DNA of 64,000 nucleotides from Alphaproteobacteria bacterium (GTDB taxonomy: Bacteria; Pseudomonadota; Alphaproteobacteria; UBA7985): the NCBI GenBank assembly GCA_965228345.1, contig CBDDHH010000004.1, forward strand, positions 74,983-138,982, written 5' to 3'. The translations under genes were made by a program, and so were the position numbers. The notes under the pieces were generated by a model. The model did no database searches. It saw only the letters and a program-made list of their open reading frames with translations, and had not been told where the DNA came from. How positions within the stretch are numbered: the stretch's first letter is position 1; the number at the start of each line of letters is the position of its first letter. Positions 1-8,909 of this stretch are shown in pieces.

Positions 1-1627
1 CGGACTCCGGCGCGCCAACCTTGACCACGCCCTTGTCGAGGGCTTGGAACCCGACCTTCTGGCCGCCGAACATGAAGGTATCGCCGGGCTGCAACTGGCC
101 TGCAAAGTACTCCTCTACATCGCCCAAGTACCCCTTGGCCCGATGCACCACCCGCAGACTGCTGGTCTCGACAATCGTCCCGACGTTCATGCGGTAGCGC
201 TGGGCATGGCGGGCATCGCGGATCGTCAGGCCGCCGTCCTTGTGCGCCACCAACCGCTTGTGCGCCGCGTAGGCCTTGAGCGCGTAGCCGCCGTCTCTAA
301 CGAAATTTAGGACATCGTCGAAGTCTTGCTGGCTCAAACCCCGATAGGGGCGCGCACACCGCACCTCGGCATAGAGATCAGCGGGATCAAAGGGCGCGGC
401 ACAAGCCATGCCGACCAGGTGTTGGGACAAGACGTCCAACCCGCCCTGGTCGCGCAGTTCCCCGTCCAAATCCTGATCGTGAACCCCGCCGATGCAGGCC
501 CGACATTCCAGAACCTCCAGGCGCGATGCGGGCACCAACAGGGCCTTGGACGGCTCACCGAAACGATGGTTGGCGCGCCCGATGCGCTGCAACAGGCGGG
601 ACACGCCTTTAGGCGCGCCGACCTGCACGACCAGATCGATGTGACCCCAGTCGATCCCGAGGTCGAGCGAGGCAGTCGCCACTACGGCTTTCAATTGGTT
701 GCGCGCCATGGCCGCCTCGACCTTGCGCCTTTGTTCGCGATTGAGCGACCCGTGGTGCAGGGCGATGGCAAAGCCCTGGTCGTTCAGCCGCCATAGGTCG
801 TTGAACACCAATTCGGCTTGCGCGCGAGTATTGACGAACACCAGCGTGGTAGCATGGGCCGCGATCTGCGCCATCACCTGCTCCATGGCATAAAGCGCCA
901 TGTGCCCGGCCCAGGGGATGCGGGTCTCAGGCGTTTCGGGCACGTCGAGAATCCGGATGTCGGGCGCGGGCCTTGGCGCGCCCCGCACCAAGCGTACGGG
1001 GCCAACCCGATGATCGCCGCGAGGGGACAACCAATCGAGCAAATAGGCTTCATCGGCCACGGTGGCACTGAGGCCAATGCGGCGCGCCTGGGGTGCCAAG
1101 CGCGTCAGACGCGCGAGACCGAGGGCGAGCAGGTCGCCGCGCTTGGTCGGGGCGAGGGCGTGCAGTTCGTCTAAAATCACGCACTTAAGGCCTGCAAAAA
1201 CCTGCGCTGCGTCGGGGTAGGATAGCAAGAGGGCGAGGCTCTCGGGCGTGGTCATGAGCAGGTGCGGCGGGCGGCGGCGCTGGCGCTGCTTCTTGGCGTA
1301 GGGCGTATCGCCCGTTCGGGTTTCGGCGCGAATTAGGGCATCGAGGCCCATACCGTTGAGCGGCGCTTGCAAGTTACGCTCTATATCGACCGCGAGCGCC
1401 TTGAGCGGGGAGATGTAGAGCGTATGCAGCCTCGTTCGCGGGTGGGCGATCAGGTCGCACAGGCTAGGAAGGAAGCCAGAAAGCGTTTTCCCAGCCCCCG
1501 TCGGGGCGATCAACAAGGTGGACTCGCCCGCGTGCGCCGCCGCTAACATGTGCCGCTGATGGGCATGGAGAGACCAACCCTGATCCGCCAGCCAGGACGC
1601 GATGGGTTCAGGCAACACCGCGGCCAT
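1..1627 (-). CDS. Lhr-like (ligase-associated) DEXH-box ATP-dependent helicase, C-terminus beyond window start
   Basis: Reverse-strand frame is open from the ATG at 1625-1627 to the window edge. Translation MAAVLPEPIASWLADQGW...GESTLLIAPTGAGKTLSGF...VILDELHAL...LSATV...HHGSL shows Walker A, DExH and helicase C motifs. The ORF track omits it because it runs off the edge. Confidence 0.8.
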   Translation of the reverse strand, partial: MAAVLPEPIASWLADQGWSLHAHQRHMLAAAHAGESTLLIAPTGAGKTLSGFLPSLCDLIAHPRTRLHTLYISPLKALAVDIERNLQAPLNGMGLDALIRAETRTGDTPYAKKQRQRRRPPHLLMTTPESLALLLSYPDAAQVFAGLKCVILDELHALAPTKRGDLLALGLARLTRLAPQARRIGLSATVADEAYLLDWLSPRGDHRVGPVRLVRGAPRPAPDIRILDVPETPETRIPWAGHMALYAMEQVMAQIAAHATTLVFVNTRAQAELVFNDLWRLNDQGFAIALHHGSLNREQRRKVEAAMARNQLKAVVATASLDLGIDWGHIDLVVQVGAPKGVSRLLQRIGRANHRFGEPSKALLVPASRLEVLECRACIGGVHDQDLDGELRDQGGLDVLSQHLVGMACAAPFDPADLYAEVRCARPYRGLSQQDFDDVLNFVRDGGYALKAYAAHKRLVAHKDGGLTIRDARHAQRYRMNVGTIVETSSLRVVHRAKGYLGDVEEYFAGQLQPGDTFMFGGQKVGFQALDKGVVKVGAPES

Positions 1628-1667
1628 ATGAGAACTTGAATTTCAATCCGTCCAGCGGCATGGTGAT

Positions 1668-1866
1668 CTCTTATACCAACGGCCAAAAAAGTTGACGCTT
1701 TTTTGGCCGTTTTATGTCTCACGGCAGAAACGCTCCGCGTTTCGCCGCCCCTTCGCTTATACCCCGAGGCGCTTTCTTAGCTCATCTCGGGGTCGCTACG
1801 GGGGCCGCAGTCGCGGCCCTATACCAGTTCATAAAGAGTCTGTTTTAAGGTGAACTGGTATAACCT
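1668..1866 (+). repeat. Modular hairpin repeat copy: left unit (TATACCAACGGCC..GGCCGTT), core hairpins, right unit (TATACCAGTTCA..TGAACTGGTATA)
   Basis: Shares modules tgtctcacggcagaaacgcNNcgcgtttcgcc, ccccgaggcgc..atctcgggg and gggggccgcagtcgcggccc with about 20 other loci in the window. Confidence 0.85.
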
Positions 1867-1893
1867 CCGCTATCTTGATCTTGTGGGTTTGAT

Positions 1894-3411
1894 TCAAGCC
1901 TCGTCCGCCAACACGATTTCGGGATTGAGATCTAGGGCGGAGGCCAAGCGCAACAGGGCGGGTGCGTAGGTGTCGTTCCGATTCCAAAGGCCCGGGTTGA
2001 TCACCGTGAGTCGCAGAGTAGATCCTCGCACATCAAGACGCGTTGACTGCAATAGAGGGACGATCCCCCGGGAGATCTTGTAAGCTAACCGCAACGCCCT
2101 GCCGGTAATGAGGCCGTGACGGCGTTGGAGCTTGGGCAGGAGTTTGGTAAGACGAAGCCAAGGATGGGCTTGTTTGTCGCGAGGATCGCCGCCGTGGCGT
2201 AGCAACAGCACAAGCCCGAGGTAGATGCGGTCTGGGTGCGTTTGGGTGAGCGCCGCCGCGTGCACGACCGCACTCGGGATGTCGGTTTTGCGGTACGACG
2301 GATGCGCCTCCCACCCAAAATCGAACAGTTGGCACGCTTGGCGCCGCCGATGCCTTAAACTGTCCTGCTCTGCCGTAAACAAGGGCTCCGTCCAGTCAAA
2401 CAGCGCCTGGTCTGCCACGCCAAACCGCCCCCCATCGGGGATCAGCGCCGCAATGGCGCTGTCGTAGCGGCGAGCCTGATCTTGCTCCAATTCGCGCTCG
2501 CGATCTAGCAAGCGAGCACTATAACCTTCGCGCAAGCCGCCTTGGGAAAACACCACGCGCTCGCACGCCGTCGCTTTGGTCAGGCACGCTGCCGCCAGGG
2601 CCGCCCACGGCAGGTGTTGACGGCGGGCTGAAGGCACCTGACCCACGCCCTTCAGGTGCCTGGATCGAGGGTCCATGAGCTTTTTGGCGTAGCGGCGCAA
2701 TTTCGCCGAAGGCAGGGCGTAGCGGTGGACAACCTTGAGGGCATAGTCCCGATGGGCCATATGGGAGGTCGCCAAGGCCCGCCACGCGCCCCCTACCAAA
2801 TACAGCCGATCGCGGGGTTGCAAGTCTTGCAGCCATGACAGGCTTTGAAAAGCTTCATTTAGGGCGAACTTAGCTTGGTCAAGACCCAACGTCTGGAGCC
2901 GCAGGATTCCAAGGGGCAAACTTGCCGTCGGCGCGATGCCTTGGGGTCCGAAGCGCGCAAGCTCCAGCGAGCCTCCGCCCAAGTCTGCCACCAGGCCCTG
3001 CGCGCCGGGGCAGGTCACCATCACGCCTTTGGCAGCCAGTTCTGCTTCTTCTTCGCCTTTGAGAACCTTGATGTCCGCCGCCAGCAAATCCCGAACAGGG
3101 TCTAGTAAGTCCCCGGCGTTGGCCGCGTCGCGCACCGCCGCCGTGGCGAGGATATGGACTTCGGCAATTGCCAAGCTCTTGAGCGCCGTCTTGAAGTACC
3201 CGAACACCTTGAGGGCGGCGTCAATGCGCTCGGGTGCCAGCTCGCCCTTGGGGCCCGAGTTCCGTCCCAATTCGACCAGAGATTTTTCGTTGAACAAGGG
3301 CGCGGCGAAGGGGCGGGTACGGTCAAATACAACGAGCCGGACCGAGTTGGAGCCGAGATCGATCAGGGCAAAGCGATCTGGCGGCGGATTTGATATCATA
3401 CCAGTGGTCAT
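1894..3411 (-). CDS. Ppx/GppA family phosphatase (exopolyphosphatase / pppGpp phosphohydrolase-like)
   Basis: N-terminal motif IDLGSNSVRLVV is typical of the Ppx/GppA actin-like fold. Complete 505-aa ORF. Confidence 0.75.
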   Translation of the reverse strand: MTTGMISNPPPDRFALIDLGSNSVRLVVFDRTRPFAAPLFNEKSLVELGRNSGPKGELAPERIDAALKVFGYFKTALKSLAIAEVHILATAAVRDAANAGDLLDPVRDLLAADIKVLKGEEEAELAAKGVMVTCPGAQGLVADLGGGSLELARFGPQGIAPTASLPLGILRLQTLGLDQAKFALNEAFQSLSWLQDLQPRDRLYLVGGAWRALATSHMAHRDYALKVVHRYALPSAKLRRYAKKLMDPRSRHLKGVGQVPSARRQHLPWAALAAACLTKATACERVVFSQGGLREGYSARLLDRERELEQDQARRYDSAIAALIPDGGRFGVADQALFDWTEPLFTAEQDSLRHRRRQACQLFDFGWEAHPSYRKTDIPSAVVHAAALTQTHPDRIYLGLVLLLRHGGDPRDKQAHPWLRLTKLLPKLQRRHGLITGRALRLAYKISRGIVPLLQSTRLDVRGSTLRLTVINPGLWNRNDTYAPALLRLASALDLNPEIVLADEA

Positions 3412-3645
3412 TGAAAATGACCCTTATGTCCGCTGGCATAAGGGTCGCGACTGCGGCTCCCCAAGTAGGCTCCACGCCCAAGGGGCGCAGGAAACGCCCG
3501 CGCCCAAAGCGCATGGCCCGAGACAAGCCAAGAAGGCACCTCGGGGTAAAGCAGAGGCCCCATCGGAGGCGAAACGCGAAGCGTTTCTGCCGTGAGACAA
3601 GAAACGGTCATGAAAAGGTCACTTTTTATGACCGCTGGTATGAGG
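3398..3645 (-). repeat. Modular hairpin repeat copy (reverse orientation), includes the GGGCGCAGGAACGCCCGCGC module
   Basis: Contains ggcgaaacgcgaagcgtttctgccgtgagaca and terminal units ataccagtggtcat..gtccgctggcata and ggtcatgaaaaggtcactttttatgaccgctggtat. Confidence 0.8.
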
Positions 3646-3676
3646 TGAGACCGCAACCCAAAAGAGGCCGTTAATA

Positions 3677-5074
3677 TCATAAGCGCTGAACCGACCGTGC
3701 AACCCATGCAAAGGCAAAGCCGCCCGCCAGCAAGGTTGCCAGGCTGCTGCCCCAGGGGATCGCCACAAACTCTGGCGTTGCCTGCTGGAACAGGGGAATC
3801 AGCAGGAGCGGCAGGAGCATTTGCCGACCCACGTTGACCCAGGCGCTAAAACCTGGCTGGCGCATGCCCGTTTTGAACGACGTCGCCGAATAGAGCAGCC
3901 CGAAAAAGACCGCCGCCATCCCCGCATAAAATAAATACTGCGCCGCCACATCGGCTTCCCGTCCTGGGGTGGCGACCCAGTTGGCCAGGGGCTGGCGAAA
4001 GAGCAGCAGCACGAAGGTCGCGGCCAAGGTCAGGGTCAGGTTGACCCACGTCGCCAGCCAAAACACCCGCCGCACCCGATCCATTTGGCCAGCGCCGCTG
4101 TTCTGCCCGATGATGGCCAAGGCACCGATTCCGACGCCGATGATCGGCAGCAGCAAGACTTGCTCAACTCGCGCCCCGACGCTGATCCCCCCTAAGGTCC
4201 CATCCGCGTAGCCGCTGGCGAACATGTTGATCAGCAAGACCGATCCGGCCACGGTTAACATGGAGATCGACCCAGGCAAGGCTTGCGCGGCGATGGTTCG
4301 CAGCAGGGCCGTGTCGGGTCGAACCTCGCGCCAACGAATGCCCTTAAGCGCCCCAAGCAGGCGGACTTCCCACACTACGTAGAGAAAATTCAGCGGTCCT
4401 TGCAGCAGGACGGTGGCGATCCCCAGCCCTACGACCCCCCAACTAAGGAGATGCATGAACACATAGTTGAGGGCAATGTTGAGAATGAACGCCAAGGTCA
4501 GTGACACGCCAAAGGCGCGATTGTTGCCGGCGCCCGACAGTAGCGCGTAGAGGGCGAAGTTAGCAATGATAAGGGGGCCACCTGCGTAAATCGCAACCAT
4601 GTAGCCAGCGGCCCAGGCGTATTCGGTCCCATGCAGCCCTTGCACCCGTGCCAGCAAAACATCCAGGAGGCTCAGGCCGACGAGAGCCACCGCCAGGCCC
4701 ACGAGCCCCCCGAAAATCAGCGCCTGGACCGTAAGCGCCCGTACCGACGAGGAATCTTTGCGACCGTAGGCGTTGGCGATCAGGGCGGTTGTACCCTGAT
4801 ACAGGCCAATCCCAAACGCCAGCTGCAGGAAAAATAAGGGAAAGGTCGCGCCCAAAGCGTCCTGCGTGGACGCCCCGGGAGGCCCGGCCCAAGATCGGGC
4901 GTAGATCAGGTCCACGACGTTGTAGAGGGTGTTGAACACGAACCCAATGGTCGCGGGCAAAGCCATGAACAGGAGCGCCCTCCACAGGGGGTCGCGCAGC
5001 AAATCGACGGGCAACTTGCCCACTGCGCGGGTAGCGGCCTGCGCGCCCGCCTGGGGGCTGTCCCGATCAGACAT
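3677..5074 (-). CDS. MATE family efflux transporter
   Basis: 12-TM protein with MATE-like N-terminus (LWRALLFMALPATIGFVFNTLYNVVDLIYA). Start set at MSDRDSP (ATG at 5072-5074). The longer ORF to 5452 only extends by translating the 48-bp tandem repeat. Confidence 0.75.
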   Translation of the reverse strand: MSDRDSPQAGAQAATRAVGKLPVDLLRDPLWRALLFMALPATIGFVFNTLYNVVDLIYARSWAGPPGASTQDALGATFPLFFLQLAFGIGLYQGTTALIANAYGRKDSSSVRALTVQALIFGGLVGLAVALVGLSLLDVLLARVQGLHGTEYAWAAGYMVAIYAGGPLIIANFALYALLSGAGNNRAFGVSLTLAFILNIALNYVFMHLLSWGVVGLGIATVLLQGPLNFLYVVWEVRLLGALKGIRWREVRPDTALLRTIAAQALPGSISMLTVAGSVLLINMFASGYADGTLGGISVGARVEQVLLLPIIGVGIGALAIIGQNSGAGQMDRVRRVFWLATWVNLTLTLAATFVLLLFRQPLANWVATPGREADVAAQYLFYAGMAAVFFGLLYSATSFKTGMRQPGFSAWVNVGRQMLLPLLLIPLFQQATPEFVAIPWGSSLATLLAGGFAFAWVARSVQRL

Positions 5075-5095
5075 GCCCGAAAAAGGGTCGTCGCG

Positions 5096-5273
5096 GACGT
5101 TCCCTGCGCCCTCCAGGCTTGGAGTCCGCGTCTTCAGTGCGCGGACGTTCCCTGCGCCCTCCAGGCTTGGAGTCCGCGTCTTCAGTGCGCGGACGTTCCC
5201 TGCGCCCTCCAGGCTTGGAGTCCGCGTCTTCAGTGCGCGGACGTTCCCTGCGCCCTCCAGGCTTGGAGTCCGC
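5096..5273. repeat. Tandem array, 48-bp unit x ~3.7 (gacgttccctgcgccctccaggcttggagtccgcgtcttcagtgcgcg)
   Basis: Perfect head-to-tail copies are visible directly. The unit is a divergent variant of the GGGCGCAGGGAACGCCCGCG/GGCTCCAAGC module of the repeat family. Confidence 0.9.
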
Positions 5274-5283
5274 TTGATATCCT

Positions 5284-5727
5284 CTAAGAAACATCGTCGC
5301 CCCTTGGAAAAGACTGCCAAGCCTGCGCCGCGTCTAAATCGTGTGCGCGTTGCTGGACCCAATGGTCCCCTTCCTGCTTCCAAAAGGGGGCGTTGGACTT
5401 CAAAGTATCCATGATAAAGTCCACCGCGCGAATCGCCGCGTGGCGATGGCATGCCGCCGCCAGCACCAAAACAATCTGGTCCCCAGGTTGCAAGATCCCG
5501 TGACGGTGGACAATACGAACCTCGAGCAAATCAAAGCGCGCCAATGCCTGTGCCCGCAGGTCCTGCAACACCCTCAGACTCATACCCGGATAGTGTTCGA
5601 GCAACAGGGGCACGTCGCGGACCGTGCCCATAAAGCTGGCGATCGCACCCATGTCGGTACGCCCGCCGCGCAGGGCCTTCAGTTCGCACGCCAGATCAAA
5701 ATCCGCTGCCTGCACCGAGACGCCCAC
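5284..5727 (-). CDS. moaE: Molybdopterin synthase catalytic subunit MoaE
   Basis: MoaE-like sequence in the position downstream of moaD. Confidence 0.75.
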   Translation of the reverse strand: MGVSVQAADFDLACELKALRGGRTDMGAIASFMGTVRDVPLLLEHYPGMSLRVLQDLRAQALARFDLLEVRIVHRHGILQPGDQIVLVLAAACHRHAAIRAVDFIMDTLKSNAPFWKQEGDHWVQQRAHDLDAAQAWQSFPRGDDVS

Positions 5728-5728
5728 C

Positions 5729-5986
5729 TTAGCCCCCCGTTACGGGCGGGAAGAAGGCAATTTCGCGCGCGCCTGCGAGTGGCGTGTCCCAGGAGGCAAA
5801 GACCTGATCGCAGGCGCATCGGATTTCCCCGCGGCGCGGCGCCAAAGCGCCCCAACTTGAGCGCGTCGCCAGGAGCTCGTCGAAGAGCTGGCCAAGCGTC
5901 TCCGCGTCGGTCGCGTAGGTGAACTGCGGTTCCCCTGTTTGGGTGCGCACCCAGGCAAAGGTCAGAATGGTCAAATCGTGACTCAT
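5729..5986 (-). CDS. moaD: Molybdopterin synthase sulfur carrier subunit MoaD
   Basis: 85-aa protein ending in Gly-Gly (..FFPPVTGG), the ubiquitin-like MoaD hallmark. Confidence 0.75.
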   Translation of the reverse strand: MSHDLTILTFAWVRTQTGEPQFTYATDAETLGQLFDELLATRSSWGALAPRRGEIRCACDQVFASWDTPLAGAREIAFFPPVTGG

Positions 5987-7182
5987 GGCAAGAGTCCCTT
6001 TAGCGGGAGGATCTGCACGCGGCTACCAGCCGCGAACAGAGTCCCCGCGTCGCCCAAAACCGCCAAAGCGTCGGCCGTGGTCAGGGAGCTGATAATACCC
6101 GCCCCCGCCACGGGATAGGCATGGGCCTGGCCGCCGTCGTCGAGCCGGACCCGGACAAACTCGGTTCGACCGGGTTTTTTTCGGATGTCATGCGCCAGCG
6201 GGGCCTGCACGAGCGGCCAATTCTCGTGCGCGCCGAGGCGGGCCAGGGCGTAGGGCCGAGCGAGGAACAGGGCGGTCACTAAGCAGGCAACGGGGTTCCC
6301 GGGAAGGCCGAAAATCGGCGTGCCGGTGCCCAAGGTCCCGAACGCCACGGGGCGGCCAGGCTTGATCCCGACCCGCCAAAAGTCGATCTGGCCCATCTGT
6401 TCGATGGCTAGGCGCAAGAAATCTCGTTCGCCGACCGAAACCCCGCCCGAGGTCAGGACCAAGTCGGCCTGGATTTGCCTTAAGGCCGCCACGCTGGCGT
6501 CCAGCGCGTCGGGGAGGGGGGTGCCAAAGGACAAGTCGAACGCCGGCTCAGAAAAAGCCGCCTGGATCATCCAACGGTTGGCGTCGCCGATTTGGCCCTT
6601 GATCAGCTCATCGCCGCTCGACACCACATGAATCTTCAGGGGGCGATGGACCGACGCTTCGGTAAGGCCGCCGGCCGCCAGCCGAGCCATGTCGAGGGCG
6701 CCGATTATCTGCCCGGCCGCGTAGAGCTGTTGCTCAGCGCGCAAGTCCTCCCCTTGCGGGCGAGCGTTGCTGCCGGGCTTCAATCGCACGTCAAGGGCGA
6801 GCTGATCCCCGTCCCGCACCGCATCCTCGTCCATCATCACTGTATCGGCCCCAGGGGGCAGGGGCGCACCTGTCAGCACTCGCACCGCCGTACCGGGGGC
6901 GAGGGAGACCTGCGGCACGGGATCGCCCGCCGCCAAGGTGCCGGTCACCCGGCGCCTTGGGCCAGGGCCTGCGGCAAAGGCGTAGCCATCGACGGCGGAG
7001 TTGGTAAAGGGCGGCACGTCGCAGCACGCCCGCACCGCCTGGCTCAAGACCCGTCCCCGCAAGGCCCCAATCGGCAAAGTTTGCGAACCACCGCGCAATG
7101 GCTCGGCAGCGGCGCGCAAAGCGGCCTGGGCCGCTCGCAAGCTGAGGCTTTGGTTCGCGGTGGCATCGCTTAGCTGGACCAT
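5983..7182 (-). CDS. moeA: Molybdopterin molybdotransferase MoeA
   Basis: 399-aa protein with the MoeA domain layout (..LTSGGVSVGERDF..) and overlapping stop/start with neighbours in the moa cluster. Confidence 0.8.
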   Translation of the reverse strand: MVQLSDATANQSLSLRAAQAALRAAAEPLRGGSQTLPIGALRGRVLSQAVRACCDVPPFTNSAVDGYAFAAGPGPRRRVTGTLAAGDPVPQVSLAPGTAVRVLTGAPLPPGADTVMMDEDAVRDGDQLALDVRLKPGSNARPQGEDLRAEQQLYAAGQIIGALDMARLAAGGLTEASVHRPLKIHVVSSGDELIKGQIGDANRWMIQAAFSEPAFDLSFGTPLPDALDASVAALRQIQADLVLTSGGVSVGERDFLRLAIEQMGQIDFWRVGIKPGRPVAFGTLGTGTPIFGLPGNPVACLVTALFLARPYALARLGAHENWPLVQAPLAHDIRKKPGRTEFVRVRLDDGGQAHAYPVAGAGIISSLTTADALAVLGDAGTLFAAGSRVQILPLKGLLP

Positions 7183-7690
7183 GCCGCCTGCGCCTCCACC
7201 CAGCGGACGATGTTCGCCGTCTGGTTCAAGTCAAAACATGGAACGCTCGGGTCAAGATCGGGGAGCGCCTCGTCGCTCGCCACCGCGCGAATTCCAGGTA
7301 CCTTGCCGTAGAGCAAGGGTTTATGGAGGCTCGAGCGATGAACTTCCAACTTGGGAAAATCAATCTGCTTAAACCCCTCAACGAGGACCAAATCGCACGG
7401 TGCCAGCTGCGACAGGGCTTGATCGAACGTCAGTTCATCGGCCTGCTGCAATTCGGTTATGAGCGCCCAGCGCCGGGCCGACGTTACCAAGACCTGGCCA
7501 GCGCCGGCAGCACGGTGTTGGTACGAATCCTTGCCGGGCACATCGACATCGAACGCATGGTGAGCGTGCTTGAGGGTACTGACGCGCCGTCCCGCTTGGG
7601 TCAAATGCGCGATCAACTTGCAGGCCAGCTGGGTTTTACCCGACCCGGACCAACCCGCCAATCCCAGCAGCGCCTTGTGTCTCACGCGCG
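7170..7690 (-). CDS. mobB: Molybdopterin-guanine dinucleotide biosynthesis adapter MobB
   Basis: P-loop LLGLAGWSGSGKTQL is typical of MobB. The true start is probably a non-ATG codon near 7690 and overlaps the pgsA stop. Confidence 0.65.
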
Positions 7691-8227
7691 TGCGGCCCGC
7701 ACAAGTGCCTGCGCCAAGGCTGCGTAGGCAGGCATCAAGGAAAGTGCCAGCAACCCCAACCCCAAAGTCGTGGCGCCGCCACCCCATATGAGCAGGGTGA
7801 CGGCGAGGTAGGTTAAGGCGGTTTTCGCGCGGCTAAGCCGTGTAACGGGCAGAATTAGGCGCCCGGCCAGGGCTTCTCGAGTTCCCGCCATGATCAACTC
7901 GCGCATCACAACCAGGCAGACAAGCCCCAAGAACAAAGCCCAAGACACACCCTCCAGACCAGCCCCATCGGCAACCAAGGCCACCAAGGTCACGAGGCAC
8001 AGCACCTTGTCGGCAATGGGGTCAAGGATCTGGCCCCACGCACTCGCTTGGTTCCAGCGGCGCGCCAAGGCGCCATCGGCCCAATCGCTGAGCGCAGCGA
8101 CGGCAAAAAGGCCCGCCGCCCACGCCCGTGCGCTGTCGTGAGTTTCAACAACAATAAGGGGGACAATCAGCCCAGGGCTCAAAAGGCGCCCCAGGGTCAA
8201 ACTAAGCGGCAGGGTCGCTGGCCCCAT
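7682..8227 (-). CDS. pgsA: CDP-diacylglycerol--glycerol-3-phosphate 3-phosphatidyltransferase
   Basis: CDP-alcohol phosphatidyltransferase motif D-x2-DG-x2-AR...G...D (SDWADGALARR...DPIADKVL). Conserved pgsA-moaD-moaE neighbourhood of alphaproteobacteria. Confidence 0.7.
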   Translation of the reverse strand: MGPATLPLSLTLGRLLSPGLIVPLIVVETHDSARAWAAGLFAVAALSDWADGALARRWNQASAWGQILDPIADKVLCLVTLVALVADGAGLEGVSWALFLGLVCLVVMRELIMAGTREALAGRLILPVTRLSRAKTALTYLAVTLLIWGGGATTLGLGLLALSLMPAYAALAQALVRAARA

Positions 8228-8249
8228 GGACGCGGGCCTTCGTCAAAGC

Positions 8250-8705
8250 TCAGCTGTCGTCGCCATCGTCCGAGCCGGAAATGCCGCCAACGGGCGGCAA
8301 ATCGCCGTCGCCCAATTCATCGTCGTCGAGCAAGCTATCGTCGTCCGCAGCAGTGGAATCGTCCCCATCTTCGAATTCAGGACCCAGATCGAGATCCTCG
8401 GGAACGTCCGGGCTTTCGGGTGCATCGGGCTGATCGGCATCCATGGGTTCGGGCTCGTCAACCCCCTCCACGGGCGTCAAAGCGGGCGCGTCGGTCAACT
8501 CGCGAATCGGTTCGATCTCTACCACTTCGGGGCGTACCTCAGCGGCAGGCAGAGCGGCGGCGCGCGACCGGCGGCCCCGCATGAACGCCTCGGGATCGAA
8601 CACCGTGTTGCAACTGGGGCAGATTACAGAGTCCTTGCCAAAATCATAGTATCGAGTGCCGCAATTTTGGCAGATGCGCTTTGAACCCCATTTGGCTTTG
8701 GCCAT
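8250..8705 (-). CDS. TIGR02300/FYDLN-acid family protein (zinc-ribbon N-terminus, poly-acidic tail)
   Basis: MAKAKWGSKRICQNCGTRYYDFGKDSVICPSCNTVF followed by a D/E-rich tail. Divergent partner of aroA, as in many alphaproteobacteria. Confidence 0.6.
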   Translation of the reverse strand: MAKAKWGSKRICQNCGTRYYDFGKDSVICPSCNTVFDPEAFMRGRRSRAAALPAAEVRPEVVEIEPIRELTDAPALTPVEGVDEPEPMDADQPDAPESPDVPEDLDLGPEFEDGDDSTAADDDSLLDDDELGDGDLPPVGGISGSDDGDDS

Positions 8706-8909
8706 GTTTGACCCCTTCGTCCTTAGTTGTGTGGCGTGTGTTCCTGGGCGGGCCCAGGAATTGAGTGCCGTAATCTGGGGGCGAGAGCGCCCCGTCAATG
8801 GAATGCGCCGCCTTAGTCCCCCCCTAGGCCTGCCGTCAACTCCCCGAGCGGGGGACGAGAACAGAGATCCTCGCATTGCGCATTGAGGTCAAAGTCGTAA
8901 AGGACAAGC

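Noticed and set aside
326-796. Long plus-strand ORFs (326-796, 818-1174) opposite the helicase gene
   Set aside because: They lie antisense to a clearly homologous DEXH helicase frame, have GC-rich low-complexity composition (R/A/G/P-rich) and no recognisable motifs. Typical high-GC shadow ORFs.
5096-5273. Tandem 48-bp arrays considered as possible CRISPR arrays
   Set aside because: Units are contiguous with no unique spacers. There are no cas genes, and the units belong to the dispersed repeat family.
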